Source of the DNA: an uncultured archaeon
GTDB lineage: Archaea > Nanobdellota > Nanobdellia > Pacearchaeales > GW2011-AR1
DNA length: 64,000 nucleotides
Assembly: GCA_903831045.1 (NCBI GenBank)
Contig: CAIKWG010000005.1
Coordinates: 7,743 to 71,742, forward strand
Reading direction: 5' to 3'
Shown piece by piece: positions 48,637 through 57,462 of this stretch. Position 1 is the stretch's first letter. Every line of letters starts with the position of its first letter. Made by a program: the position numbers and the translations under genes. The notes under the pieces are model-generated. The model was not told the origin of the DNA, did not search any database, and worked only from the letters and a program-made list of their open reading frames with translations.

Positions 48637-48680
48637 GACTAGTCTAGAAAATATGTTTCTTTAAGGTAAAAATTAATACT

Positions 48681-48980
48681 ATGACAAAAATAATCTGTTA
48701 TGCTGGATGTGTAAGAGAATATACTATTTATTTGTATAATCCGCAATCAAAACAAGTTATTACAAGAAATGGTAAAGGAGAAATAGTAAGAGTTCATAAT
48801 TTAATAGATTATAAAGAAAGATCATTAGAAAAATTAGATAAACTTTATTCAGCAGCCGGTATGCCCATAGAAATAGAAGAATCAAATTTTGAAGAGTTAT
48901 GCGAAAAAGCAGATCAATTAAAGGATCTTCATAACGAAATCAATAATCTAGCAAAAAAGCTTTTCTCAATTAAAAAGTAA
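48681..48980 (+). CDS. small protein, member 1 of a tandem triplicated family (conserved N-terminal [IP]CY.G....L..Y.Y.P.S and C-terminal L(A/V)KK(L/I)(F/L)S)
   Basis: 99 aa; paralogous to the next two ORFs. Confidence 0.5.
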   Translation: MTKIICYAGCVREYTIYLYNPQSKQVITRNGKGEIVRVHNLIDYKERSLEKLDKLYSAAGMPIEIEESNFEELCEKADQLKDLHNEINNLAKKLFSIKK

Positions 48981-49033
48981 ACATCCTTTCTAAGAACATA
49001 AATCTTTAAAAATAGAAATAATCTCCAGAAGTT

Positions 49034-49333
49034 ATGAAAAAAATACCCTGTTATGCTGGAGCAATTCAAGCACTTTCGAGTTATCTTTATGACCCAGTTT
49101 CAAAGTCTGTAATTGAATTTGATGAATACGGAGGGGTATCAAAAGTAGAAAAAATTTGGATGCACCCCACTCAACTTTTTAATGACTTAGACGCAATGTA
49201 TAGAAAACACGGAAAACCAAGAAGCATAGAAGAGGATAAACTTAAGAATCTTTATCAAGAATTTGAGAAATTAGAAATTTCAAAAAGAACCGTGAATGGA
49301 CTAGCAAAAAAACTTTTCTCAGAGATTAAATAA
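49034..49333 (+). CDS. small protein, member 2 of the tandem triplicated family
   Basis: 99 aa; MKKIPCYAGAIQALSSYLYDPVSKSV...GLAKKLFSEIK. Confidence 0.5.
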   Translation: MKKIPCYAGAIQALSSYLYDPVSKSVIEFDEYGGVSKVEKIWMHPTQLFNDLDAMYRKHGKPRSIEEDKLKNLYQEFEKLEISKRTVNGLAKKLFSEIK

Positions 49334-49334
49334 A

Positions 49335-49613
49335 ATGGCAAAAATAACTTGTTATATGGGACAGATAGAAGCACTTGCTAAGTATATTTATAATCCTAAC
49401 TCAATGAGAGCAGTCAGACTAGGAGAAAAAGGAGAGGTTTTAGACACTCAAGAAATATTACATCCAATGTTAGGAGCATTGTATAAAAGAGAAGGAAAAA
49501 CTTTAGAAATTGAAGAAGAAGATTTCGATAACATCTATAATAAATTTACTCAAATGGAAAATCTTAAACGAGAAACAACCGGCTTAGTAAAAAAAATCTT
49601 ATCTCAATTATAA
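49335..49613 (+). CDS. small protein, member 3 of the tandem triplicated family
   Basis: 92 aa; MAKITCYMGQIEALAKYIYNPNSMRAV...GLVKKILSQL; starts 2 nt after member 2. Confidence 0.5.
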   Translation: MAKITCYMGQIEALAKYIYNPNSMRAVRLGEKGEVLDTQEILHPMLGALYKREGKTLEIEEEDFDNIYNKFTQMENLKRETTGLVKKILSQL

Positions 49614-49616
49614 AAA

Positions 49617-49985
49617 ATGTCAAAACAAAGAAACCAGTACCTTCTTCTACAAACATTAAAAAAAATGTATAAGGGAACATGCATTGAAGAGTTAGTAAAA
49701 GATGCAAAATGCATTCAAGAGATTAATCCATTAGACATTGAAGAAGCAAGAATAAATTATTACCTCACAGATAAACTAGTAAAATTCTACATCAAAGAAA
49801 CAATGGAAGAAGAAAAAGTTCCAAAATTATATCAATTTTTTAATTCCTGGCAAATTAGATGCAATTTATGTGCAGATTACCTTGCAGAAAACACAATTCA
49901 AGATTTAGAGAAAATAGAAATTTTTCCCTCTAACAAAAGAGCATATTCAGATATAAATCGATTAAAATTGAATCCCTGTAAATGA
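49617..49985 (+). CDS. hypothetical protein (122 aa, four Cys)
   Basis: ORF tightly following the triplet (4-nt gap). Confidence 0.4.
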   Translation: MSKQRNQYLLLQTLKKMYKGTCIEELVKDAKCIQEINPLDIEEARINYYLTDKLVKFYIKETMEEEKVPKLYQFFNSWQIRCNLCADYLAENTIQDLEKIEIFPSNKRAYSDINRLKLNPCK

Positions 49986-50121
49986 TAGCACTACAAACTA
50001 CACTTTCTAATATATATTTTATAAAATAACTATTACAATATATCTTTTAGAGAATATGAAATAATCTTTCACATTAAAATAGTACAACAATATTTATAAG
50101 GAAAATCTATCTATAAAAACT

Positions 50122-51084
50122 ATGACAAGCGAGATATGGACAGAGAAATACAGGCCATCTCTTTTTTCTGAGGTTGTAGGTCAAGATGAAATTATAAAGA
50201 GAGTTCAAGGACTAGTAAATACTCTAAACATCCCACATTTGCTCTTTGCAGGACCAGCAGGAACAGGTAAATCCACTCTAGCATTAATTGTAGTAAAAGA
50301 ACTTTTCAAAGATACATGGAAAGACAATTATTTAGAATTAAATGCATCCGATGAAAGAGGAATTAATATTGTAAGAGAGAAAGTAAAAACCTTCGCTAGA
50401 ACAAAAGCTCTAGGTTCAGTTCCATTCAAAATAATCTTCCTAGATGAAGCAGACGCTCTAACAACAGAAGCTCAGCAAGCACTTAGAAGAACAATGGAGA
50501 ATTATTCATCAACCTGTAGATTTATTCTATCTTGCAATTATTCAACAAAAGTAATTGACCCAATTCAATCAAGATGTGCTATTTTTAGATTTAAACTATT
50601 AGAAAAGAAAGATGTTGAAAAAGTAATGAACATTATTGCGGAAAAAGAAAAATTAACAATAACTCCAGAAGCGGTTGAAGAAATTTATGAAGCAAGTGAA
50701 GGAGATTGTAGAAGATGCATTAACCTTATACAAGCAACATCCTCAGTGTCTCCATCAATTTCAAAGGCTCTAGTTTCAACAATGGTTTCGGAAGCAAAAC
50801 CAAAAGATATCAAAGTAGTTCTAGATTACGCACTTTCAGGAGATTTTGAAACAGCAAAAGAAAAATTATTGGATATTATGTTAAAGGAATCTATTTCTGG
50901 GCAAGATGTGATTAAAGCTATGCAAAAGGAAATATGGAATTTACAAGTAGAACCAGATATAAAAGTAAAACTTACAGAAAAGACTGGAGAAATTGAATTT
51001 AGAATTGTTGAAGGTTCTGACCCATTCATTCAACTTCAAGCTCTTCTAGCAAGTTTTGTTCTAGCAGGCTTAGGAAAACAATAG
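50122..51084 (+). CDS. rfcS: replication factor C small subunit
   Basis: Walker A GPAGTGKST, DEAD-like FLDEADALT, SRC motif QSRCAIFRF, 320 aa. Confidence 0.9.
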   Translation: MTSEIWTEKYRPSLFSEVVGQDEIIKRVQGLVNTLNIPHLLFAGPAGTGKSTLALIVVKELFKDTWKDNYLELNASDERGINIVREKVKTFARTKALGSVPFKIIFLDEADALTTEAQQALRRTMENYSSTCRFILSCNYSTKVIDPIQSRCAIFRFKLLEKKDVEKVMNIIAEKEKLTITPEAVEEIYEASEGDCRRCINLIQATSSVSPSISKALVSTMVSEAKPKDIKVVLDYALSGDFETAKEKLLDIMLKESISGQDVIKAMQKEIWNLQVEPDIKVKLTEKTGEIEFRIVEGSDPFIQLQALLASFVLAGLGKQ

Positions 51085-51095
51085 AGGTTTATTTC

Positions 51096-51608
51096 ATGCA
51101 ACACCTAAATATTGAATTAAAGGCAAGATGTGGTAATCCAAAAAGAATAAGACAATTTCTTTTAGAGAATAATGCAGAATACAAAGGTGAAGATCACCAG
51201 ATAGACACCTACTATAACACTAATCACGGAAGACTAAAAATACGAAGAGGAAACATTGAAAATAATTTAATTTTTTATAAGCGTGATGACAATCCAGAGC
51301 AAAAAGAATCCCAGATAATTCTTGAAAACAATCCCTCAAAGGATTTAGAAAAAATTCTCGCACTAACAAACGGAATTTTAGTTAGAGTAGATAAGAGAAG
51401 AGAAATATATTTTATAGGGAATGTAAAATTTCATCTTGATCAGGTAGAACATCTTGGGTCGTTTATGGAAATAGAAGCAATAAGTGAGAATAATCAAATA
51501 TCAAGAGAAGAATTAATTAGACAATTTAATTATTACAAGGAGCAGCTCAATATCAAGGATTTAGATTTAATTGATAAATCCTACAGCGATATGCTACTAG
51601 AATTATAA
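51096..51608 (+). CDS. CYTH-domain protein (class IV adenylate cyclase / triphosphate tunnel metalloenzyme family)
   Basis: N-terminal NIELKAR (ExExK) motif and roughly 170-aa size typical of CyaB/CYTH. Confidence 0.6.
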   Translation: MQHLNIELKARCGNPKRIRQFLLENNAEYKGEDHQIDTYYNTNHGRLKIRRGNIENNLIFYKRDDNPEQKESQIILENNPSKDLEKILALTNGILVRVDKRREIYFIGNVKFHLDQVEHLGSFMEIEAISENNQISREELIRQFNYYKEQLNIKDLDLIDKSYSDMLLEL

Positions 51609-52075
51609 TGACAAAAATAGAAACTGTATGCATCGTGCATCAACCCCCAAAAATATTACTAGGTATGAAAAAAGTAAGATTTGGAAGAGGAAAATATAAT
51701 GGTTTTGGAGGAAAAGTAACTGAAGGAGAAACAATAGAACAAACCGCAAAAAGAGAAACTTTAGAAGAAGCAGGAATTGAGATTATCAATCCAGAAAAAA
51801 TGGGAGAACTCCTATTCCAGTTTCAAACAGAAGAACCAGATCATTTAGTTCATATCTTTAGAACTGAAGAGTACAAAGGGATAATTAAAGAATCTGAAGA
51901 AATGAAACCCGAATGGTTTTATACAGAGAATATTCCCTATAAACAAATGTGGGCGGATGATGAATATTGGTTACCATTATTACTAGAAAAAAGAAAGTTT
52001 ATAGGAAATTTTATTTTTAATAGAGATTTCCAAATAGCAGAGTATAAATTAAAAGAGATTAAATGTTTTGATTAA
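51608..52075 (+). CDS. Nudix hydrolase
   Basis: Nudix box GGKVTEGETIEQTAKRETLEEAGI. Confidence 0.75.
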   Translation: MTKIETVCIVHQPPKILLGMKKVRFGRGKYNGFGGKVTEGETIEQTAKRETLEEAGIEIINPEKMGELLFQFQTEEPDHLVHIFRTEEYKGIIKESEEMKPEWFYTENIPYKQMWADDEYWLPLLLEKRKFIGNFIFNRDFQIAEYKLKEIKCFD

Positions 52076-53246
52076 AATGAAAAACTGGACAGAAATTTAT
52101 AGACCAAAAAAACTTGAAGATATAAGAGGACAAGATTTAGCACTAGCACATGTCAAAAAGTTTCTTAAGGAATTTCCAAAGAAAAAAGCATTACTCCTTA
52201 ATGGACCTCCAGGAGTTGGAAAAACAACTTTAGTACAAGTAATTGCAAACTCTATGGAAGCAGAAATATTTGAAATAAATGCTTCTGATTTTAGAAATAA
52301 AGACAGTCTAAATGAAAGATTAAAACCTGCTCTAGAACAAGCTTCCCTTGTACACAAAAGCAAAATTATTCTGGTAGATGAAGTAGATGGAATTTCGGCA
52401 GTAGACCGAGGAGGATTAACCGAGATAGTTAAGCTCATTGAATTATCTAATTTTCCAATTATTGCAACTGCTAATAATGCCTGGGCAAGAAAATTAGCCC
52501 CTCTAAGAAAAGCAATGCAAACCATTGACCTAAAATCAATCGAAGATTCAATTGCAAAAACATTAATTTTAGAAATCCTAGCAAAAGAAAATAAAAAATT
52601 AAAACCCGAACTTTTAGACAAAATTGTAAAATCTGCGAGAGGAGACATGCGTGCAATAATCAATGATGTACAATCGGTTTCTCTTCTAGGAGAAAATGAA
52701 GATGTAGAAATGAATGAGAGAAATAAAGAAACAGATATTTTTCATATCCTTAAACAGGTTTTTCAAGAAAAAGCAGATGAAAGCATGCTCTCCCTATTTG
52801 ATAAAACAGATATGCCCCTAGAAGAAATTGCACTTTGGATAGAAGATAACATCCCCCTAGTTTATCAGAGAGAAGAACTTGCAAAAGCCTACGAAAGATT
52901 AAGCAGGGCAGATATTTTTAAAGGTAGAATTTACAAGCAGCAATATTGGAGATTTATGGTTTATCAGAATATATTAATGAGCTATGGAATTGCTCAAGCT
53001 AAAAACTACAACAAAGCAGGATTTTTCAAATATAAAAAACCAGACAGAGTATTAAAAATTTGGCTGTCAAATCAAAAAAACGAAAAAAAGAAGTCTATTT
53101 CAGAAAAATATTCTAACAAGGTTCATGTTGGAACAAAAAGAATTATGCAAGACTTCAAGATTATACTTCCGATTCTAAAAAACCCAACAGTTCAAAAAGA
53201 ACTTAGATTGGATGAAGAAGAAATTGCATATTTAAGTAGAAATTAA
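52068..53246 (+). CDS. rfcL: replication factor C large subunit
   Basis: Walker A GPPGVGKTT, AAA+ clamp-loader boxes, 392 aa; overlaps the Nudix gene by 8 nt. Confidence 0.85.
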   Translation: MIKMKNWTEIYRPKKLEDIRGQDLALAHVKKFLKEFPKKKALLLNGPPGVGKTTLVQVIANSMEAEIFEINASDFRNKDSLNERLKPALEQASLVHKSKIILVDEVDGISAVDRGGLTEIVKLIELSNFPIIATANNAWARKLAPLRKAMQTIDLKSIEDSIAKTLILEILAKENKKLKPELLDKIVKSARGDMRAIINDVQSVSLLGENEDVEMNERNKETDIFHILKQVFQEKADESMLSLFDKTDMPLEEIALWIEDNIPLVYQREELAKAYERLSRADIFKGRIYKQQYWRFMVYQNILMSYGIAQAKNYNKAGFFKYKKPDRVLKIWLSNQKNEKKKSISEKYSNKVHVGTKRIMQDFKIILPILKNPTVQKELRLDEEEIAYLSRN

Positions 53247-53687
53247 ATTATCTAAATATTCTCTAATTTTTATAGCTTTTTCAAGCCTATTCATTTTAAT
53301 ATAGGAGTTATACTCATTTTCAAGGTTATTTAGATAAAAATTCCCTCTTTTAATAAAATCTTTTTTCATCAAGGATTTAACATAAAGACTTTGAGTACCT
53401 TCTCCAATAAATTCTACTTCTATCTCTTCAATAAAAAAACTTAATCTAAATGCAGTCCCTCCAAATTTTGAAGGAAATTGCCCCGATTCAAATTTGTCAT
53501 AATTAGAAAATCATTTCTTAACATTATCAAAATCTTTTAAATTAACACAGATATCTAAATCTCTTGGAATTAAATCCATTCCTTGCATAGCAAGATTACA
53601 GCTTCCTATCAACATCCATGGAATATTATCTTTATTTAGGATAATAGATAATTTTTTAAGAATTTTCAAAATATTTTTATCTAGCAT
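53232..53687 (-). pseudogene. minimal nucleotidyltransferase (MNT/Pol-beta-like) gene interrupted by one in-frame TGA (53511-53513, minus strand)
   Basis: minus-strand translation MLDKNILKILKKLSIILNKDNIPWMLIGSCNLAMQGMDLIPRDLDICVNLKDFDNVKK*FSNYDKFESGQFPSK...; GS...DLD NTase signature; both halves in one frame. Confidence 0.4.
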
Positions 53688-53734
53688 ATGCTAGGAAATT
53701 TAAGTTAATTAATAAATATTACTTAAAAATAATT

Positions 53735-54007
53735 TTATCTATGCTTTCTCTGATATCTTCTCCAGCTTAGAGAAACAGACTTAGCTCTTCTATCTAATCT
53801 TCCCAACAAGGATCTTCTTATGTCAACAGCTTTTACAGTTTTCTTCTTCTTGCAAAGAGCAATAACTGGCTCAGCAACTTCTTCTACTAACTTTTTAATT
53901 TTAGCAGAAGTTAACTTTGCGTCTTTTGCGGATTTACTAACAGAAGATTTTAATTTAGCAGGAGAAAAAGCTTCAGTCTTTCCACCCTTTTTGATTACGG
54001 TTGTCAT
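53735..54007 (-). CDS. stand-alone ATP-cone domain protein (90 aa)
   Basis: N-terminal VIKKGGKTEAFSPAKLKSSVSKSAK fits the ATP-cone V-KRdG--E-F---KI--ai-kA pattern; Arg/Lys-rich tail. Confidence 0.5.
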   Translation of the reverse strand: MTTVIKKGGKTEAFSPAKLKSSVSKSAKDAKLTSAKIKKLVEEVAEPVIALCKKKKTVKAVDIRRSLLGRLDRRAKSVSLSWRRYQRKHR

Positions 54008-54093
54008 ATGTACCTCCTTTTTTGCTAATAATCCAAGTTATATAGAATACTTAAATTTTATTAGATTACAAAGAGGAGAAGTATTCTCAAGAT

Positions 54094-55035
54094 TTACGCA
54101 CATTGAGCATCAGAACCACTAGATGCAGCACTAGTTCCAAATCCCGGACTTGGAGATGTTGTAGATAAACTTGCACCACAACTACCTGGAGCACTATTAA
54201 ATGCACTACACATTGCATCTAACATTGAAGCAGGATCTCTTCCAGCAGAAACTTGAGCTCCATTAATTACAAGAGTAGGACTTCCTTCAACGCCATATCC
54301 TTGACTTAATTGAGAATCGAAAGCATAGTATTCTTTAGCTTTACCGCTTGAAATACACTTATCAATTTTTGCTTGATCTACTCCAACTTTTTTAATACAT
54401 CTTGTTGAGTTTGAATCTTCTAAGAAACAAGTTAAATAATCTAAATATTTAGCTGATTGTTCTTCTCTAATGCAAACTTGATTATAAGTTTCCTGTTCTT
54501 CTTTATCTCCATGCATGAAGTAATGTACAAATCTAATCTTAGCATCAACAGCTGAACCTAAATTTTGAATTGCAGGTATAAATCCTTTCTCTGCTTGAGT
54601 ACCATAGGGACAATAGGTCATAACAAATAATTCTACTACTGGTTTATCTGATTTAACAACTTCAGTATTAGCTGGCGATTGCGATTTAGAAACAGCTGGT
54701 TCAGAAACAGCCATAGGAGAAATAGAAGGGATAAAATATTTACCATCTTTTGTAGAATAGAGGATTCCTTCCTGTCCATTAATAGAAGCATTTATTGCAT
54801 AAAGATTATTACCAAGACTATTAACATTATTTATTGTTGCTGTAACTCCAGCAGCATTTGCAAAATTTAAAAAGTTCTTTGCAGCAGAATTTTTAGTAAT
54901 CTGACCAGTTACACTAACTCCTGTAAACAAAACGAATATTAACATAGCTGCAAAGAGAATAGTAGCAACCATCCATACGTTTAATTTCTTATGTCTTCTA
55001 GAATGATGTTCTGGATTATAATTTGCCTCTTCCAT
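54094..55035 (-). CDS. membrane-anchored DsbA/thioredoxin-fold protein with atypical single-Cys CPYG site
   Basis: FVMTYCPYGTQAEKG in place of CxxC; C-terminal GSPTLVINGAQV like the DsbA cis-Pro region; extra Cys pair near the C-terminus. Confidence 0.45.
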   Translation of the reverse strand: MEEANYNPEHHSRRHKKLNVWMVATILFAAMLIFVLFTGVSVTGQITKNSAAKNFLNFANAAGVTATINNVNSLGNNLYAINASINGQEGILYSTKDGKYFIPSISPMAVSEPAVSKSQSPANTEVVKSDKPVVELFVMTYCPYGTQAEKGFIPAIQNLGSAVDAKIRFVHYFMHGDKEEQETYNQVCIREEQSAKYLDYLTCFLEDSNSTRCIKKVGVDQAKIDKCISSGKAKEYYAFDSQLSQGYGVEGSPTLVINGAQVSAGRDPASMLDAMCSAFNSAPGSCGASLSTTSPSPGFGTSAASSGSDAQCA

Positions 55036-55176
55036 TGTTTTTTTAAAGAATAGTCTTTTATAAAGATTTCTATAAACAGATATAATATTATTAATTTAAT
55101 CTTTTCATAAACAAAATCTTTCTAACAAATGAATCATTATACAAAACATTAAAAATATGATTTCCTATATTATATT

Positions 55177-56961
55177 ATGTCTTATGAAGTAATTATAGGA
55201 AGAAATGCGAGTGATAAAAAACTTTTTGGAACTAAAGGTTTAGCTTACATTGGTAAAACCTATGTAAAAATGGGGCAATACACTTCTTTATCAAATAAAA
55301 TGTACATGGATGTATCAAGAAGTCATGTAGTTCTAATTGCAGGTAAAAGAGGTTGCCTAACTGAAGATACCAAGGTGTTCACAGATAAAGGTTATAAAAA
55401 TATCTCAGAGTTTAATGAAAAAAAGGATAAAATTCTTTCATACAACAAAGATAAGAATATCTTTGAATGGGAAAAGGCAAAACTCTTAGAATATCCTTTA
55501 GAAAAAGAAAAATTACTTCAGATTACTCTGGATGATGGAAGAATAATAAAATTAACAAAAGAACACCCCTTACTTTCTTCCTACGGAAAATACAGATATT
55601 ATAGAAAAGCCTATCAATTAAAAGAGAAAGATAAACTAGTAACAATTAAAGATACGAAAGAAGAATTAAGTCTATTCTTATCAAATGTAACACATTATCC
55701 TGAAAAAAATTTAGTCTGCACAAAAATCAAAGAAATAAGGGAAATAGAAGGCACAAATAAAGTTTATGATTTAACTGTGGACAAAAATCATTCCTTCATT
55801 GCAAACGGTATTATTTCACATAATTCTGGTAAATCTTATACCATGGGGGCAATAGCAGAAGAACTTTCCGCTCTGCCAGAAGAAGAAAGCCAAAATATTT
55901 CTTCATTAATTTTTGACACCATGGGAATTTATTGGACAATGAAATTTCGTAATGATAAAGATAAAAATCTTCTAGCTGATTGGGAACTAAAAACGAGAAG
56001 TCTGCCAGTAAAAGTTTTTGTACCTTTTGGATATGCAGATTTATTTTCAGAAAAAGGAATTCCAGTAGATGAAAAATTTGCTTTAGATATTGCAGAACTA
56101 GAAGCAGAAGATTGGATAATTACATTCAATTTAGATTTCATTAATCCAGTTGCAGTTTTAATCCAAAGAGCAATGAGCTTTCTTAGAGAAAAGAAAAAAA
56201 AGTTTACAATAAAAGATATTATAAAAAATTTAGAAGCGGATGAAAAATCCGATAGAGAAACCATAAACGCTGCAGTGGGACTATTTGAAGCAGCAGGAAA
56301 CTGGGGAATTTTTGCAGATGAAAAAAATGACCCAACCAAAATAAAAGAATTAATCACAAGAGGAAAAACTTCCGTTCTAGATTTGAGCATGTATAATTCT
56401 GTTGGAGCATTTAATATTAGAGCTCTGGTAATAAGTCTACTATGCAGAAAAGTTTTCAAAGAAAGAATGATTGCAAGAAAACAAGAGGAAATAAACGCAA
56501 TTTCTAAAGGATTGAATTATGGTTCATTTACAGAAAAAAAGCAAGTTCCATTAGTTTGGTTATTTATAGATGAAGCTCACGAATTTCTACCGTTAGAAGG
56601 AAAAACAATCGCAACCGATGCACTAACTCAAATTCTAAGAGAAGGAAGACAACCAGGAATATCACTTGTGCTTGCAACACAACAGCCAGGGCAAATCCAT
56701 AAAGATGTTATGACCCAATCAGATTTAGTTATTGCTCATAGAGTAACATCCGAACAAGACATTCATGCATTAAACAATATCATGCAAACCTATCTTACAA
56801 GTGCAATTCAGCAATACATGAATGATTTACCCGGTTCAAAAGGTTCTGCAATAATTCTAGATGATAATTCAGAAAGAATTTATCCAGTTCAGATTAGACC
56901 AAGATTCACATGGCATGGTGGAGACGCTCCAACAGCAATTAGTTTTGAAGAAGAAATATAA
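55177..56961 (+). CDS. HerA/DUF87-like P-loop ATPase (FtsK-HerA superfamily) carrying a mini-intein in the Walker A loop
   Basis: extein P-loop reconstitutes as VLIAGKRG|SGKSYT; Walker B LFIDEAHEF; ATQQPGQI and R-finger region. Confidence 0.7.
   Translation: MSYEVIIGRNASDKKLFGTKGLAYIGKTYVKMGQYTSLSNKMYMDVSRSHVVLIAGKRGCLTEDTKVFTDKGYKNISEFNEKKDKILSYNKDKNIFEWEKAKLLEYPLEKEKLLQITLDDGRIIKLTKEHPLLSSYGKYRYYRKAYQLKEKDKLVTIKDTKEELSLFLSNVTHYPEKNLVCTKIKEIREIEGTNKVYDLTVDKNHSFIANGIISHNSGKSYTMGAIAEELSALPEEESQNISSLIFDTMGIYWTMKFRNDKDKNLLADWELKTRSLPVKVFVPFGYADLFSEKGIPVDEKFALDIAELEAEDWIITFNLDFINPVAVLIQRAMSFLREKKKKFTIKDIIKNLEADEKSDRETINAAVGLFEAAGNWGIFADEKNDPTKIKELITRGKTSVLDLSMYNSVGAFNIRALVISLLCRKVFKERMIARKQEEINAISKGLNYGSFTEKKQVPLVWLFIDEAHEFLPLEGKTIATDALTQILREGRQPGISLVLATQQPGQIHKDVMTQSDLVIAHRVTSEQDIHALNNIMQTYLTSAIQQYMNDLPGSKGSAIILDDNSERIYPVQIRPRFTWHGGDAPTAISFEEEI
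55354..55824 (+). mobile_element. mini-intein (157 aa, no endonuclease domain) inserted in the P-loop of the HerA-like ATPase
   Basis: starts CLTEDTKVF (block A, Cys1), ends FIANGIISHN followed by +1 Ser; flanking extein halves form GKRG-SGKS. Confidence 0.8.
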
Positions 56962-56975
56962 AAAAGAATCTTTAT

Positions 56976-57440
56976 CTAAAAAACAACATTTCTCAATTTA
57001 TTCTTTAATTGATTGTAAGTATAATTAATCTTATTACCAACATGATGAGCTAATTTTTTAGAATAATGTTTGGTGGGATATTTGTATAATGTTTCTTTGA
57101 ATTCATCGTATTTTCCTTGGCCCAATGTGTATGCAACTGTAACCCTGTGAGAACACCAAGAAGACTTGTTAAATTTATCAAGAGTATTTTCATTTATTCC
57201 TTTTTCTCTTATTTCTTTGCCCAGCTTTTTTCTCATGCCAAGTGTATAGGGAACATGCCAGATTCCAAATGCAAGAAGTGGAACAGAAATTATAGGAGCC
57301 ACACCTAACAATCCATAACCCGCAGCAAGAGAAGCTTCTCCAGCAGGATCATTTACAAGATAACTTGCCGCCTTTCTACTAAAACCAAAAGAAGAATCAA
57401 CAATTTTCTCTATATTCATATATACTATTATGGAATTCAA
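56976..57440 (-). CDS. hypothetical protein (154 aa)
   Basis: ORF convergent with the ATPase; no motif recognised. Confidence 0.4.
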   Translation of the reverse strand: MNSIIVYMNIEKIVDSSFGFSRKAASYLVNDPAGEASLAAGYGLLGVAPIISVPLLAFGIWHVPYTLGMRKKLGKEIREKGINENTLDKFNKSSWCSHRVTVAYTLGQGKYDEFKETLYKYPTKHYSKKLAHHVGNKINYTYNQLKNKLRNVVF

Positions 57441-57462
57441 GATTTATAAATAAATCTCTAAT

